Assembly (NCBI GenBank): GCA_963772725.1
Contig: CAVYYI010000001.1
Coordinates: forward strand, 1,152,001 to 1,216,000
DNA length: 64,000 bases
Direction of reading: 5' to 3'
Source of the DNA: an uncultured Phycisphaerales bacterium
Lineage (GTDB): Bacteria; Planctomycetota; Phycisphaerae; Sedimentisphaerales; Anaerobacaceae
Shown in pieces: positions 34,556-45,155 of this stretch (the stretch's first letter is position 1; each line of letters starts with the position of its first letter). A program made the position numbers and the translations under genes. Below the pieces are notes generated by a model, which had not been told where the DNA came from, did not search any database, and was given only the letters and a program-made list of their open reading frames with translations.

Positions 34556-35255
34556 TCAACTTTCTATCTTACCATCTTTCAGTGCTATTATACGCCCAGC
34601 TTTCTTAGCTATTCTTTCATCATGGGTAACCATAACAATCGTCTGGCCCGCACGATTCAGTTCTTCAAATATATTTAGAATACCATTTCCTGTGGCAGAA
34701 TCAAGATTTCCTGTCGGTTCATCAGCCAAAAGTACCTCCGGCTCATTCATCAACGCCCTGCCAATAGCCGCTCTTTGTCGCTCGCCGCCCGACAACTGAT
34801 ACGGCTTATGCTCCGCTCTTTCGCTCAATCCAAGCCGCTCAATCAACTCTGCCGCACGTTTCTTCGCGGTTTTTCGACCTGCAAACCAGCCTATCGTACT
34901 ATTGGACGCCATCGCAGGAAGATAAACATTTTCCAGCACGCTTAATTCGTCCAGAAGATGGTAGAACTGAAAAACAAATCCCACTTTTTTATTACGAAAC
35001 TTGTTTAATTCTCTGCTGCCGTATCGGCTTAAATCCCCGCCGTTAAATTTTACCGTACCTTTATCCGGCCTGTCCAATGCCCCAAGAATATGCAGCAAAG
35101 TCGCTCTTCCCGCTGCCGGACGCCCCAACTATCGCGATGAATTCACTTTGTTTTATTGCAAGATTCACCCCTTTGAGTACTTTAACCTCTGCCGCTCCCA
35201 GCCGATAGCTTTTATAAAGCCCTTCAGCCCTCATTATGAATTCATTGTTGCTCAC
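34556..35255 (-). CDS. lolD: Lipoprotein-release ABC ATPase, frameshift near 35125
   Basis: GASGSGKS, GFVFQFYHLL, LSGGERQR, ADEPTGNLD; GTG overlaps the upstream permease stop. Confidence 0.88.
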
Positions 35256-36604
35256 AACTGGCTCACCTGCAATGTCTCTACCGGCTTCATCCTTGCCGCC
35301 TGCCAGCTCGGAATAAACGCTCCCAGCAGGCACGCAGCTATCGCCGAAATTATTATTACTCCCAAAACTTTCAAATCCAGCGTATTTGGAATACTTCCTA
35401 TAGCATAAATAGTCCTGTTCCACAACTGAAATCCGAAATGCCTGAACAGCCAGTCCTCTATCTCATTGATATGCACAAGGAACTGCCACCCGCAGACAGA
35501 CCCAGCCGCCGAACCGAAAACACCAAGCATAAAAGCATACCCCAGGAACAACTGCACAATATTACCGCTGGATGCCCCGACGCTTTTCAGTATGCCGATG
35601 TCCTTGCTCTTGTGACTGATAACCATATAAAAAACCACGAACACAATAAAAACCGTTGTCAGCCCCACAAGCAGAAACATAACTGACAGCATTATTTGTT
35701 CCTTTTCCATAGGCGCGATAAATGCCCGCCTATACTCCTTCCAGCTTTGCACAGCTACCGTACCAAACAAATCTGCATAATTTTCGCCGGTTTTTTCCTT
35801 CACAAACTGAACCCACAGCGATTTCACTTTGCTGCACCCGTCATCAAGTTTCACGCCAGGCTTGAATTTTATCTGAATCGCGCTTGCCCTTTTCACGGGC
35901 AAATCCATCCCGCAAAGTTTCTGGGCATCATCGAAGGGCAAATAAATCAGTGAATTGTCCGTGCGTGCCAAACCTGTCTGCACCATGTCGCTGTAATAAA
36001 ATGTTTTTGTATTCACCTCTCCGCCGCCTGCTTTGGCAAGAGCGCCTTTTACGGTCAGTGGGAAAATGCTTATGCGAAGCTCCCTCCTGACAGGATACGC
36101 TTCATACGGATAGCTTCCATCGGGATTCCTCTCTAATATTCTGTCGATACCGACTACACATCCTGGCAGATTCGGGCCATAATCAGGTTTAAAAGCATCC
36201 AAAGGTTTATCTCTGTTATAATACAGCATTTGGCTAAAACCAGTAACATTGCTGTATGTGGCGGGGTCAATACCCATTGTCTCAAATCCAATATTTTGCT
36301 CTCCGCTGCTCGGACTAACCAGCGCATAACTCCTGATAACAGCCGATGCCCCTTCCGCCAAATCATTCTGTAATTTGAGTTTATCCAAAAAATCCTGATA
36401 ATATGCAAAACCAACCAGCGAATCCGTGCTGATGATACAATCCCCGACGAAATTATGATTCTTGTTTTTGAAGTCGCTTACTAAGCCGGTCATCACCGTC
36501 ATAACCACAACAACTATAAAAACGCATACGGCCACCGCTGTAAGCGCCAGATAACTGATGCGCCGCCCGAACAAATACCGCAATGCCAGAATAACCTTAT
36601 ACAT
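35252..36604 (-). CDS. LolC/LolE-family permease
   Basis: LALRYL, VMTVMTG, KSKDIGILKSVGA, P..AARMKPVETL. Confidence 0.88.
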   Translation of the reverse strand: MYKVILALRYLFGRRISYLALTAVAVCVFIVVVVMTVMTGLVSDFKNKNHNFVGDCIISTDSLVGFAYYQDFLDKLKLQNDLAEGASAVIRSYALVSPSSGEQNIGFETMGIDPATYSNVTGFSQMLYYNRDKPLDAFKPDYGPNLPGCVVGIDRILERNPDGSYPYEAYPVRRELRISIFPLTVKGALAKAGGGEVNTKTFYYSDMVQTGLARTDNSLIYLPFDDAQKLCGMDLPVKRASAIQIKFKPGVKLDDGCSKVKSLWVQFVKEKTGENYADLFGTVAVQSWKEYRRAFIAPMEKEQIMLSVMFLLVGLTTVFIVFVVFYMVISHKSKDIGILKSVGASSGNIVQLFLGYAFMLGVFGSAAGSVCGWQFLVHINEIEDWLFRHFGFQLWNRTIYAIGSIPNTLDLKVLGVIIISAIAACLLGAFIPSWQAARMKPVETLQVSQL

Positions 36605-36612
36605 TCATTAAC

Positions 36613-37956
36613 CTATTCATACCTCAGAATTTTAACAGGCTTCACTCTCACAGCCACAATCGCAGGCACCAGTGCACCAAGCATTGCCGCCGCAACCGCG
36701 AATAGCACTATCGTCATCGCTGAATGCCAATCCACCTCGTTCGGTATTCTGCTGAACATATAAACACTGCTCTTCCATAATTTCAGCCCGAAAATTATAC
36801 TTATACTTCTGTCAACGAGATTAATATTTCTTGTTATGATATATCCTATCCCCGTTCCCAACGCTGCGCCGATTATTCCGACGCACATGCCGAACCCGAT
36901 AAATATCAACATAACCGAACCGCTTGTCGCTCCGCAGCTCTTTATCACGGCAATATCCTTTTGCTTGGTTATCACAATCATATAGAATATGCAGAATATC
37001 AATAACGCCACGCCGCAGCTTATAACTCCGAATATAACCAGCAGAAGGTCCATCTGTTTTCTAAATTCCGCAATATACCGGCTTTGCATCTCTTTTGCAG
37101 TCTCAATACTCGTAAGGCTTATCATACCTGAATCCCATCCCAACTCACGCTCTGCGAACACCTGCCACGCGCCTCTTATCTGCGCAAGCACTGTATCCGT
37201 ATTCGCACCATCGGCAAGCTTAATTTGAATCTGCTGCGCAATTGAACCTTTCTGATCAGGATATATTATCTTCTGCAATTCCTTTATCGGAAGATAAATA
37301 AACGTTTTATCTGCTTCATACAATCCGCTGAAAACAACATCTGCTACAGTAAAAGCTGCTGTCCTTCTCCTGAATTGTGGTTTCTCGCTGTCGCCTTTTA
37401 CCTCTGTTACAGCCCCGGTAGTAAGTACCACCTGCTGGCCTATTATCTCCTTAGCCTTATCAAAATCATATTCATCAGTAATCTCATTCGGCTCACTTAT
37501 AAGCCCTATCCCCAAAAAGCCGCCAATCTTGTCCGGTGAACCCGCAACAGCGAATGAAGCATCCTCTTTAAAGCCCTTTTGCCTGAGAAGGAACCGGTCA
37601 AAACCGCTAACTGTTGCCCTCGACGCCGCGTCTATTCCCCACACCTCCACTGCGACAACGTTCCCGGTTCCAATGTGCAAAAGCCCCGGCGCCGACAGTG
37701 CAGGCGTAGCCGCCTCCACCTGTTTAATCTTTTTTAACTGCTCTATAAGCTCCGGATATTTTGAAAAATTCTTAGGCGGGGCAATAACAACATCCCCAAG
37801 CGTATCGACCGCGCTTCGTTCGAATGCGTTGATAAAACCGTTGAACAGGCTCGAGACAACTATCAGCAAAGCCACCGAAAGCCCCACCGCGATGATGCTC
37901 AGAAATACAATTTTCTTTTTGCGAAGGTATCTCAGCCACAAAAATATTTTCAGCAT
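36613..37956 (-). CDS. LolC/LolE-family permease
   Basis: LWLRYL, SSLFNGF, KQKDIAVIKSCGA, PVKILRYE. Confidence 0.88.
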   Translation of the reverse strand: MLKIFLWLRYLRKKKIVFLSIIAVGLSVALLIVVSSLFNGFINAFERSAVDTLGDVVIAPPKNFSKYPELIEQLKKIKQVEAATPALSAPGLLHIGTGNVVAVEVWGIDAASRATVSGFDRFLLRQKGFKEDASFAVAGSPDKIGGFLGIGLISEPNEITDEYDFDKAKEIIGQQVVLTTGAVTEVKGDSEKPQFRRRTAAFTVADVVFSGLYEADKTFIYLPIKELQKIIYPDQKGSIAQQIQIKLADGANTDTVLAQIRGAWQVFAERELGWDSGMISLTSIETAKEMQSRYIAEFRKQMDLLLVIFGVISCGVALLIFCIFYMIVITKQKDIAVIKSCGATSGSVMLIFIGFGMCVGIIGAALGTGIGYIITRNINLVDRSISIIFGLKLWKSSVYMFSRIPNEVDWHSAMTIVLFAVAAAMLGALVPAIVAVRVKPVKILRYE

Positions 37957-38049
37957 ATAGCAATCCAAAAACATTTTTAACCATGAATAAACACAAATTA
38001 ACACAAATATTTTTTATTGTTCTTTGTGTTTATTCGTGTTCATTTGTGG

Positions 38050-39504
38050 TTAATTTTTCTTCTCTGGTTTTAGCAATGGAAACAGCACCACATCACGAAT
38101 GCTCGTCGCTCCAGATAGCACCATCACTAATCTGTCAATCCCGATTCCAAGCCCGCCTGCGGGAGGCATCCCGTACTTCAACGCTGTTATAAAATCCTCA
38201 TCCATCGTCGCCATTGTCTCTTCCTGCCCCTTAAGCTGTATCCTGAAATTCTCTTCCTGAACCATCGGGTCATTCAATTCTGTATATGCGTTAGCCAGTT
38301 CCATCTTTGCGATGAATAACTCGAAGCGCTCGGCATATTTTGGATTGCTCTTGCTCCGCTTTGTCAAAGGACACAAAGCCGCCGGATAATCAATCACGAA
38401 CGTAGGATTGATAAGATGCTCCTCAACTGTCGCCTCGAACACCTCATTGACAACCACCACGTCGTCCATTTTTGCCTCATCGAGACCGAGCCGCCTCGCT
38501 TTTTCACGAACAGCCGCTATATCCTCAATATCACAGCCGCCGTATTCTTTCAGTAAATCCGCATATTTTCTCCGCTGCCATGGTTTGCTGAAATCTATCG
38601 TCATCCCGTCAAACTCAAGCTTGTCCCCTGCACAGTGTTTAGAAACAGCCTCGCAGATTATCCCTTCCGCAAGCTCCATCATCACATTATAATCACCGTA
38701 AGCCTGATAAAGTTCCATCATCGTAAATTCAGGATTATGCCTTCTGCTCAGGCCCTCATTGCGAAAATTACGATTTATCTCGAACACCTTTTCCATCCCG
38801 CCCACCAGCAGCCTTTTCAAAAACAATTCCGGCGCGATTCGCAGATACAAATCCATATCCAGCGTATTATGGTGCGTTATAAAAGGCCTCGCCGCCGCCC
38901 CACCCGCTACCGTTTGCATCATCGGCGTCTCAACTTCAAGAAATCCCTTACCACGCAAAAACTCGCGTATCGTAGAGATTATTGCGCTTCGCTTTTTGAA
39001 AAGCTCCATCACATCGGGATTTACCCACAAATCCACATACCTCTGCCGGTAACGCAAATCAACATCCGCCAAACCGTGCCACTTTTCCGGCGGCTGCTTA
39101 AGCGACTTGCTCAGAAGCATTACACCGGTCGTCCAGATGGTTATTTCACCTGTTTTGGTCTTGCCAAGCTGACCTTCAGCCCCGATTATATCCCCAGCTT
39201 CAAAAAGTTTCACAAGAGGCCATTGTTCTGCCATAAGCTTCTGGCTCAATCCTATCTGAATTGTCCCGCTCCAGTCGCGAAGCGTCATAAAAATCAGCTT
39301 GCCCATGTCACGCAGCAGAACAATCCTGCCGGCGCATTTGGCCTGCTGATTTGGGTCATCATCCTTATATCTTGCTTTGACACTCGCCGCCGATTCCGTC
39401 CCCTCATACCTCCCGCCATAAGGGTCTATATTCAATTCCTTAATGCGGCCAAGTTTTTCCTGCCTTTGCTGTTCCAGCCTGTTTATATCTTCCGTACTTG
39501 CCAA
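38050..39504 (-). CDS. lysS: Lysyl-tRNA synthetase (class II)
   Basis: RYRQRYVDL, GGAAARPF, FRNEG, GMPPAGGLGIGIDR; TTG start with AGGAG RBS. Confidence 0.97.
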   Translation of the reverse strand: MASTEDINRLEQQRQEKLGRIKELNIDPYGGRYEGTESAASVKARYKDDDPNQQAKCAGRIVLLRDMGKLIFMTLRDWSGTIQIGLSQKLMAEQWPLVKLFEAGDIIGAEGQLGKTKTGEITIWTTGVMLLSKSLKQPPEKWHGLADVDLRYRQRYVDLWVNPDVMELFKKRSAIISTIREFLRGKGFLEVETPMMQTVAGGAAARPFITHHNTLDMDLYLRIAPELFLKRLLVGGMEKVFEINRNFRNEGLSRRHNPEFTMMELYQAYGDYNVMMELAEGIICEAVSKHCAGDKLEFDGMTIDFSKPWQRRKYADLLKEYGGCDIEDIAAVREKARRLGLDEAKMDDVVVVNEVFEATVEEHLINPTFVIDYPAALCPLTKRSKSNPKYAERFELFIAKMELANAYTELNDPMVQEENFRIQLKGQEETMATMDEDFITALKYGMPPAGGLGIGIDRLVMVLSGATSIRDVVLFPLLKPEKKN

Positions 39505-39580
39505 CTATACACTCCTTTTAGCCAATCTCAAATCAACCTTGCTAAGCTTCTATTTTCCCGAAAACCACGAACAATAAAAA

Positions 39581-41812
39581 TCAATTTGAACATATCGGAA
39601 GAATCTTGGTCTTGGCGACCAGAATTGCTATCGCCAACTGAGGGTCAGCCCCAAGCGTCTCTTTAATAGTATGTTTCCTGCTTTCCGCTGCGTCGCTTCC
39701 GTTATTATGACCGACCCTAAACAGCACGTCGTTGTCTTTCTGAACTTCGAGCATCTTCTTCAGCTCATCGCTTCTCAGCTTCACCTCAACATCAGGCCCT
39801 ACTCCCCAGTCGCTCCTGCCCAGTTTCTTCATCGCGTCCTGACTTTCAACTTTTTGGCCTGATGGCAGATGATAATATGCCATTGTATATTTCAGTTTCG
39901 CCCCGTCCTGGGGATAATTTGTTATCGTCTGAACGCTGCCTTTACCGTAAGTTCGCTCGCCCACCAAAACAGCGCGTTTATGTTCCGGGTCCTGCAAAGC
40001 GCCGGCTACAATTTCAGAAGCGCTTGCTGAATACGAATTTATAAGTATCACAAGAGGATAATCTCTGGCCGTTCCTTCCCTGGTCGCGTATGCGTATGTG
40101 GGCATTCCAAGTACCGGCCGGGGCCTTGTGCTTACTATCAATCCCTTATCAATAAATTTATCGACAATTTCAATTGCGGTATTCAAAAAACCGCCCGAAT
40201 CAAACCGCAAATCCAATATCAGTCCTTTCATACCTTCGGTCTCAAGCTGCTTAAGAGCGTCTTCAAAATCGGACGCGGTTTTTTCTGAAAAACTGGTAAT
40301 GCGGACATACCCAATCTTCTCGTTCGGGTCAACCATATAAAGCCATTTGCCCGCCTGTGTTCTTTGCCATCCCCGGATAGTCTGAACCGTTATCTTCGCC
40401 CTGGTTAAAGTAATGTCCCTGCTCTTGTCTTCGCCGTGATGCCTTATGGTTAATTTTACCTTCGTGCCGGCAGGTCCGGTTATATTTTTCACCGCGCAGT
40501 TCAGGCTCATATCCTTTGTCGGAATACCGTCAACCTTTTCTATAATATCACTCGCATCAAGACTGGAGTTATAAGCGGGCGTATCAGGCAAAAGACTCGC
40601 CACTGTAAGCTGGCCTTTGTCTTTATTAATCTCTATCCCGATGCCGGTAAATTCATTGGTCATCATTTTATCAAAATCCTGAACCTGCCTCGGCCAAACC
40701 ATTACCGTATAAGGGTCAAGCGAGGATAATGCCGCTTCTGAAAACTGCGCTATAAGAACCTTCTCAGGCAGCATCATCGTTGAGGTATTAAGCTTAAGTG
40801 TCTTCTCAAAAACGCTGATGAATTTATCCTTGCTTATACCAGTAAGCGATTGCCTCACTTCTTCACGTATTACATCCAGACCCGATAGCCACTGGCCGTT
40901 TTTATCGCTTTGTATTTCGTATCCAGCCTTACGGACAAGTGACGCGTCTATCGTCATCACTTCGCCAAGCAGCTTACATCGTTCGAGCGATTTATCCGCC
41001 ATCGCCGCGTAATCCACTATCCCGACATAGCTGAAATTAAGGACATTAATTGCCCTTATAAACATATCACCTCTTATACCGGTATAACGCTCTTTGCTTG
41101 TCTCACACGGGCTGTCCTCAAACGATGCGACAATCTCGGCCTTATCGACAAGCCGTTCAGCATAATCTGAATAAGATTTATTGTCCTTATCTATCGCCGA
41201 CAGCCAGCTGTAACACATCAAATATGCGTCAATCCATTTACCCTTAGCCTCAAATGAGCTTGCCTTATCTATCGCCCTCTGAAAAGTCTGTTTTACAAAA
41301 GCATCCTCAAGAAGTTCTTTTTTCTGTCCTTCGTCGGCAAATTCACTTGCTTTGGAGATAACAGAAAGCACCTTGACGAGGTCATTAACATCATTAACAT
41401 CGTTTACATCACCGTGAGTATTCACATCATCGTGTTCTTTCTTTTGCTTTTCAATTTTAGCCAGTTCAGCAAATTGCTCCTCATAAGCCGCTTTTTTGGC
41501 CGCCTGCCGCCGCTGCTCTATGGTTTCGTAACCCCCGACAACTTTGCCAAGTTCCTCGATAGACGGATTACCCGGCTCATTAACCTCAATGAGAAGCTTT
41601 TGCGCACCAGTAAAATCACCTTTTAATATATCCGTGCAAATTTGCTCAGTCACCCGGCTGCGACTCACAGATGTCTTGTTGGGATCACCAACGGATTCAC
41701 TTCGTCGGACAGGCGAGGGCTCGGCAATTACACACGATGGAACATATAACAAACAAATCAGAAGTAAACCTGTCAGAATTGCTTTTGTCCTGTTCATACG
41801 CTCAAAAATCAT
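39581..41812 (-). CDS. S41 family C-terminal processing protease with PDZ domain
   Basis: LDPY, FTGIGI, LDLRFDSGG, SASASEI, GERTYGKGSVQ. Confidence 0.92.
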   Translation of the reverse strand: MIFERMNRTKAILTGLLLICLLYVPSCVIAEPSPVRRSESVGDPNKTSVSRSRVTEQICTDILKGDFTGAQKLLIEVNEPGNPSIEELGKVVGGYETIEQRRQAAKKAAYEEQFAELAKIEKQKKEHDDVNTHGDVNDVNDVNDLVKVLSVISKASEFADEGQKKELLEDAFVKQTFQRAIDKASSFEAKGKWIDAYLMCYSWLSAIDKDNKSYSDYAERLVDKAEIVASFEDSPCETSKERYTGIRGDMFIRAINVLNFSYVGIVDYAAMADKSLERCKLLGEVMTIDASLVRKAGYEIQSDKNGQWLSGLDVIREEVRQSLTGISKDKFISVFEKTLKLNTSTMMLPEKVLIAQFSEAALSSLDPYTVMVWPRQVQDFDKMMTNEFTGIGIEINKDKGQLTVASLLPDTPAYNSSLDASDIIEKVDGIPTKDMSLNCAVKNITGPAGTKVKLTIRHHGEDKSRDITLTRAKITVQTIRGWQRTQAGKWLYMVDPNEKIGYVRITSFSEKTASDFEDALKQLETEGMKGLILDLRFDSGGFLNTAIEIVDKFIDKGLIVSTRPRPVLGMPTYAYATREGTARDYPLVILINSYSASASEIVAGALQDPEHKRAVLVGERTYGKGSVQTITNYPQDGAKLKYTMAYYHLPSGQKVESQDAMKKLGRSDWGVGPDVEVKLRSDELKKMLEVQKDNDVLFRVGHNNGSDAAESRKHTIKETLGADPQLAIAILVAKTKILPICSN

Positions 41813-41920
41813 AGTTCTATAAAACTTTCAGAATAAAAAATAAAACCGCACGGCAAAACCTCAAAGGCCTGCCCTTTCATCTATACTGCTCGTATGGGAC
41901 GGAAAACTTCGCTGTTCTGC

Positions 41921-42871
41921 TTACAGACACTCACCAGCCTTGCCTGCGCAGCCTAATACGTGAAGTTTATGCTTGACCATCTTTTCTATCGCGTCCCTGG
42001 CAGGACCAAGATATTTACGCGGGTCGAACTCCGTCGGATTTTCCCAGAAAACCTGCCTGATTTTTGCCGTCAGCGCCATCCGCAAATCGGTATCAATATT
42101 GACCTTGCAAATCGCCTTCTTTGCCGCCTCAGTAATCGCTGATTCCGGCACACCCATCGCGTCAGGCATCTTCCCGCCATATTTATTGATAAGGTCCTTA
42201 AATTCCTTCAAAACGCTGCTCGAACCATGCATTACCAGAGGGAATCCCGGCAGCTTTTTCATTATTTTATCAATTACGTCCATCGCCAGCTTGGGTTCAC
42301 TTTTAAACTTATACGCCCCATGACTGGTTCCGCAGGCCACGGCGAGCGAATCGCAACCAGATTTCTCCACAAACTCCACCGCCTGCTCAGGGTCTGTAAC
42401 GTGCTTTAATACATCATCATGGCTTACGCCGATAACGTCTTCCTCTATGCCGCCGAGCTGCCCCAGTTCCGCTTCCACCATAACATCATACTTATGGGCA
42501 TACTCAACTACCTTCTTTGTAATCGCTATATTCTCCTCAAAAGGCTTATGAGACGCGTCTATCATCACCGATGTAAAACCATCGTCAACACACTGTTTGC
42601 ACAGTTCGAACGTATCGCCATGGTCGAGATGCATACAAATCGGAATGTCCGGATTTTCCTTAACCGCGACATCTATAATCGCTTTAAGATAACTCATGCT
42701 CGCGTAAGACCTCGCACCCTTTGATATCTGAAGAATAAGCGGTGACTTCTCCGACGCTATCGCGCTCATTATGCCCTGGGTTATTTCCATGTTGTTCACA
42801 TTGAACGCACCAACCGCAAAGTGGTTCTTATATGCCATTTTGAACATCTTTTTCGTATTAACCAACGCCAT
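41921..42871 (-). CDS. fba: Class II fructose-1,6-bisphosphate aldolase
   Basis: HLDHG, SVMIDAS, EAELG, GTSHGAYK, VMHGSS, KVNIDTD, FDPRKYL. Confidence 0.96.
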   Translation of the reverse strand: MALVNTKKMFKMAYKNHFAVGAFNVNNMEITQGIMSAIASEKSPLILQISKGARSYASMSYLKAIIDVAVKENPDIPICMHLDHGDTFELCKQCVDDGFTSVMIDASHKPFEENIAITKKVVEYAHKYDVMVEAELGQLGGIEEDVIGVSHDDVLKHVTDPEQAVEFVEKSGCDSLAVACGTSHGAYKFKSEPKLAMDVIDKIMKKLPGFPLVMHGSSSVLKEFKDLINKYGGKMPDAMGVPESAITEAAKKAICKVNIDTDLRMALTAKIRQVFWENPTEFDPRKYLGPARDAIEKMVKHKLHVLGCAGKAGECL

Positions 42872-42897
42872 TCCAGTCTCCTTTTTATATCTTTTCT

Positions 42898-44551
42898 AAG
42901 CCTTTTGTAAAATTCATAAATATTTGTTAAATAACGACTTATGTCATTATTTTTCTTGCAATCTCCTCCATTTTGGATATTATGTAAGCGTTGTCAGTAA
43001 AAGGACTTACAACCAAAATAAAGGAGATTTTTTTATGTACCACGTTCAAACGTCACTATTTTATGACCTCCAGGAGCTTGTCAGAAATTCATCGCTGCTG
43101 CGAAAGTACTTCTATCTCTTTCAGGCTCTCGATATTTCCATTCTGCCCGACAGAAACTTCGGTGTCGGCAGAACAGGTCACTCACGACATGCCATCCTGA
43201 GAGCACTCATCGTCAAACATCTTCAGCAAATAAAATCTGTCCCTGAGCTTATCGAATATCTTCAAGCCAATCCGCCTCTGCTGGAACTGTGCGGCTTTAC
43301 GCTCGGGAATATGCCGGACGAATCCCAATTCTATCGTTTCTTGGCAGATACCGATAACTCTGTTCTCAAAGAAATTCATTACCGTCTAAATCAGCGGCTT
43401 ATCGAACAGGGATTAGTCAGCCTTGATACCTTGATCATTGACTCCAAACCTGTTATGGCTGCCACAAAAGAAAATAATCTCAAAAATCCCGCCCGAAACA
43501 CCACCGATAAAACCAAGACGCCCACTCGAAATCCTGCTGCAACATTGAGCTATTATTCTTGTCAGGTCCTCAACGGCAAAAAGGAAAACATGCTGTTCTT
43601 CTGGGGATACAGGACACATGTCATAATCTCAAAACAAGGAATATCGCTTGTTGAAATAACTCTGCCAAACAACACCACAGACCAGCAGGTTGCCTTCAAG
43701 CTGCTTAAAGAACTCAAACGCAGATACAGGGTCAGAAAAGGCTTTCTGTTTCTTGCGGATAAGGCCTACGATGTCAGAGACCTGTACACCTTTATAGTTG
43801 GAAAGATGAAGGGAAACCCATATATCCCAATCAACCCAAGAAATCAGAAAGATGACAAGACTTTTGGCCCTCACGGCTGTCCCATCTGTGATGCTGGTCT
43901 TGAAATGAGGTCGACCGGAAGATGGACCGAGGGCAATCGTGAACGCATCAAGTTTCGCTGCCCCTTAAAGGTCAGCAAAAAGACTGCTGAAAAACTTAGT
44001 AACACCTGTCCGGTAAACCTTCCATCCTTCAATACCGGCAAATGCTACGGCTGTACCAAGTACATTGATATCACTGAAGATGCACGTTCGCGTGTCCCAA
44101 GGGATTCAAGGGAATTTAAGGAAACTTTCAAGCAAAGAGAATCAGTCGAGCAATACTTTGCTCGGTTAGGAGACCGTGAAGCTGAACAGACTACGCACTA
44201 TTCATTGAAAACCGTGCGTAATCAGATGACAATCGCTCATCTGACGGCAAGTCTTATCGGCGTTGCCGCTGCTATATTGCTTAAACAGCCCGGGAAAATG
44301 CGTTGCCATAAAACATTCGCACAAATACCAAACCGACGCAAGGCCGGCTGATGTCTCAGTTGACGTTGAACGATTAACTTTTCAAAGAGCTAAGACAGAA
44401 CTCTCGGGGATACTCTGTCTCTAAACAGGCCTTCTGGCCTTAAAAAAACCAAAATTCACACTCATGCTGCAATAATCCATCAGTTCCACTGCCATTGCGT
44501 TGTTTATCCGTTCCGACCTCTGCTAAAAATCATTCATTTTGCAGAAGTCTT
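42898..44551 (+). mobile_element. Complete IS element (DDE; IS1182/IS5-like clan) with 10-bp target-site duplication
   Basis: Imperfect IRs AAGCCTTTTGTAAAAT and ATTTTGCAGAAGTCTT (13/16); direct repeat TATCTTTTCT at 42888-42897 and 44552-44561. Confidence 0.88.
43035..44351 (+). CDS. DDE transposase with Cys-rich insertion
   Basis: IIDSKP, WGYRTH, LADKAYD, R..VEQYF; AAGGAG RBS. Confidence 0.9.
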   Translation: MYHVQTSLFYDLQELVRNSSLLRKYFYLFQALDISILPDRNFGVGRTGHSRHAILRALIVKHLQQIKSVPELIEYLQANPPLLELCGFTLGNMPDESQFYRFLADTDNSVLKEIHYRLNQRLIEQGLVSLDTLIIDSKPVMAATKENNLKNPARNTTDKTKTPTRNPAATLSYYSCQVLNGKKENMLFFWGYRTHVIISKQGISLVEITLPNNTTDQQVAFKLLKELKRRYRVRKGFLFLADKAYDVRDLYTFIVGKMKGNPYIPINPRNQKDDKTFGPHGCPICDAGLEMRSTGRWTEGNRERIKFRCPLKVSKKTAEKLSNTCPVNLPSFNTGKCYGCTKYIDITEDARSRVPRDSREFKETFKQRESVEQYFARLGDREAEQTTHYSLKTVRNQMTIAHLTASLIGVAAAILLKQPGKMRCHKTFAQIPNRRKAG

Positions 44552-44748
44552 TATCTTTTCTGTTTATATCAAAAAATGCGGCACACAACTTGCCGCTAAA
44601 GCAGGCTACTATATCATATTTCCCCTCGTTCGTTAATTAAAATTTACCCCCGAATCTGACGATTTTTTTAGCCACTGGTTTCGTAGATGGACACGGTTTT
44701 GCACCGATTTACACTGCCTTATCTTAATGTTATGCTTGATAAATGGTT

Positions 44749-44994
44749 TTTCAAGCTTGCTCCGTCGTATTTCACACTTGAAAAGCGGTTTTTCACATTT
44801 GCTCCGTTATATTTCATGCATGATATGAGACCTTTCACACTTGCTCCGTAACGTTTCATACTTGATATTTCGTTTTTCACACTTGAAATACAGCGTTTCA
44901 TGTGTGATATTTCAATTTTCATGCTTGATATGCGACGTTTCATGTATGATATTTGGCATTTCACACTCGATATGCGGCGTTTCACCTTCGATAT
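44749..44994. repeat. Degenerate 21-bp tandem array, about 12 units
   Basis: TTTCA(C/T)(A/G)CTTG core recurring every 21 nt (TCA at 44751, 44772, 44793 ... 44982). Confidence 0.85.
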
Positions 44995-45095
44995 ATCGGA
45001 CGATAAGCGGGAAAAACGGTGTTTTTGATATTGAAAACAGGATTAACCACGAATGAACACCTATTGACACTGTAAAAAGTCTTGTTAAAAAAACA

Positions 45096-45119
45096 GGGTG
45101 AGGCCGAAACCTCACCCTT
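45096..45119. terminator. GC-rich hairpin, possible terminator for minus-strand transcription
   Basis: AGGGTGAGG-ccgaaa-CCTCACCCT preceded by an A-run on the + strand. Confidence 0.55.
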
Positions 45120-45155
45120 ACCTCTGCGAGGAGGATTATGCAGAAGTTGTTTATA

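Noticed and set aside
38635..39666. Long antisense ORFs (343 aa opposite lysS; others opposite lon, cspA, lptD)
   Set aside because: Shadow frames of well-supported genes, with no recognisable motifs.
41825..41920. c-di-GMP-I riboswitch-like GGCAAA motif between fba and the S41 gene
   Set aside because: It is on the wrong strand for the flanking genes and the required stems cannot be formed.
44749..44994. CRISPR array
   Set aside because: Total period is only 21 bp, repeats are degenerate, and there are no cas genes in the window.
45062..45085. GACACTGTAAAAAGTC as a further IS end
   Set aside because: No partner inverted repeat or transposase was found; too short to support.
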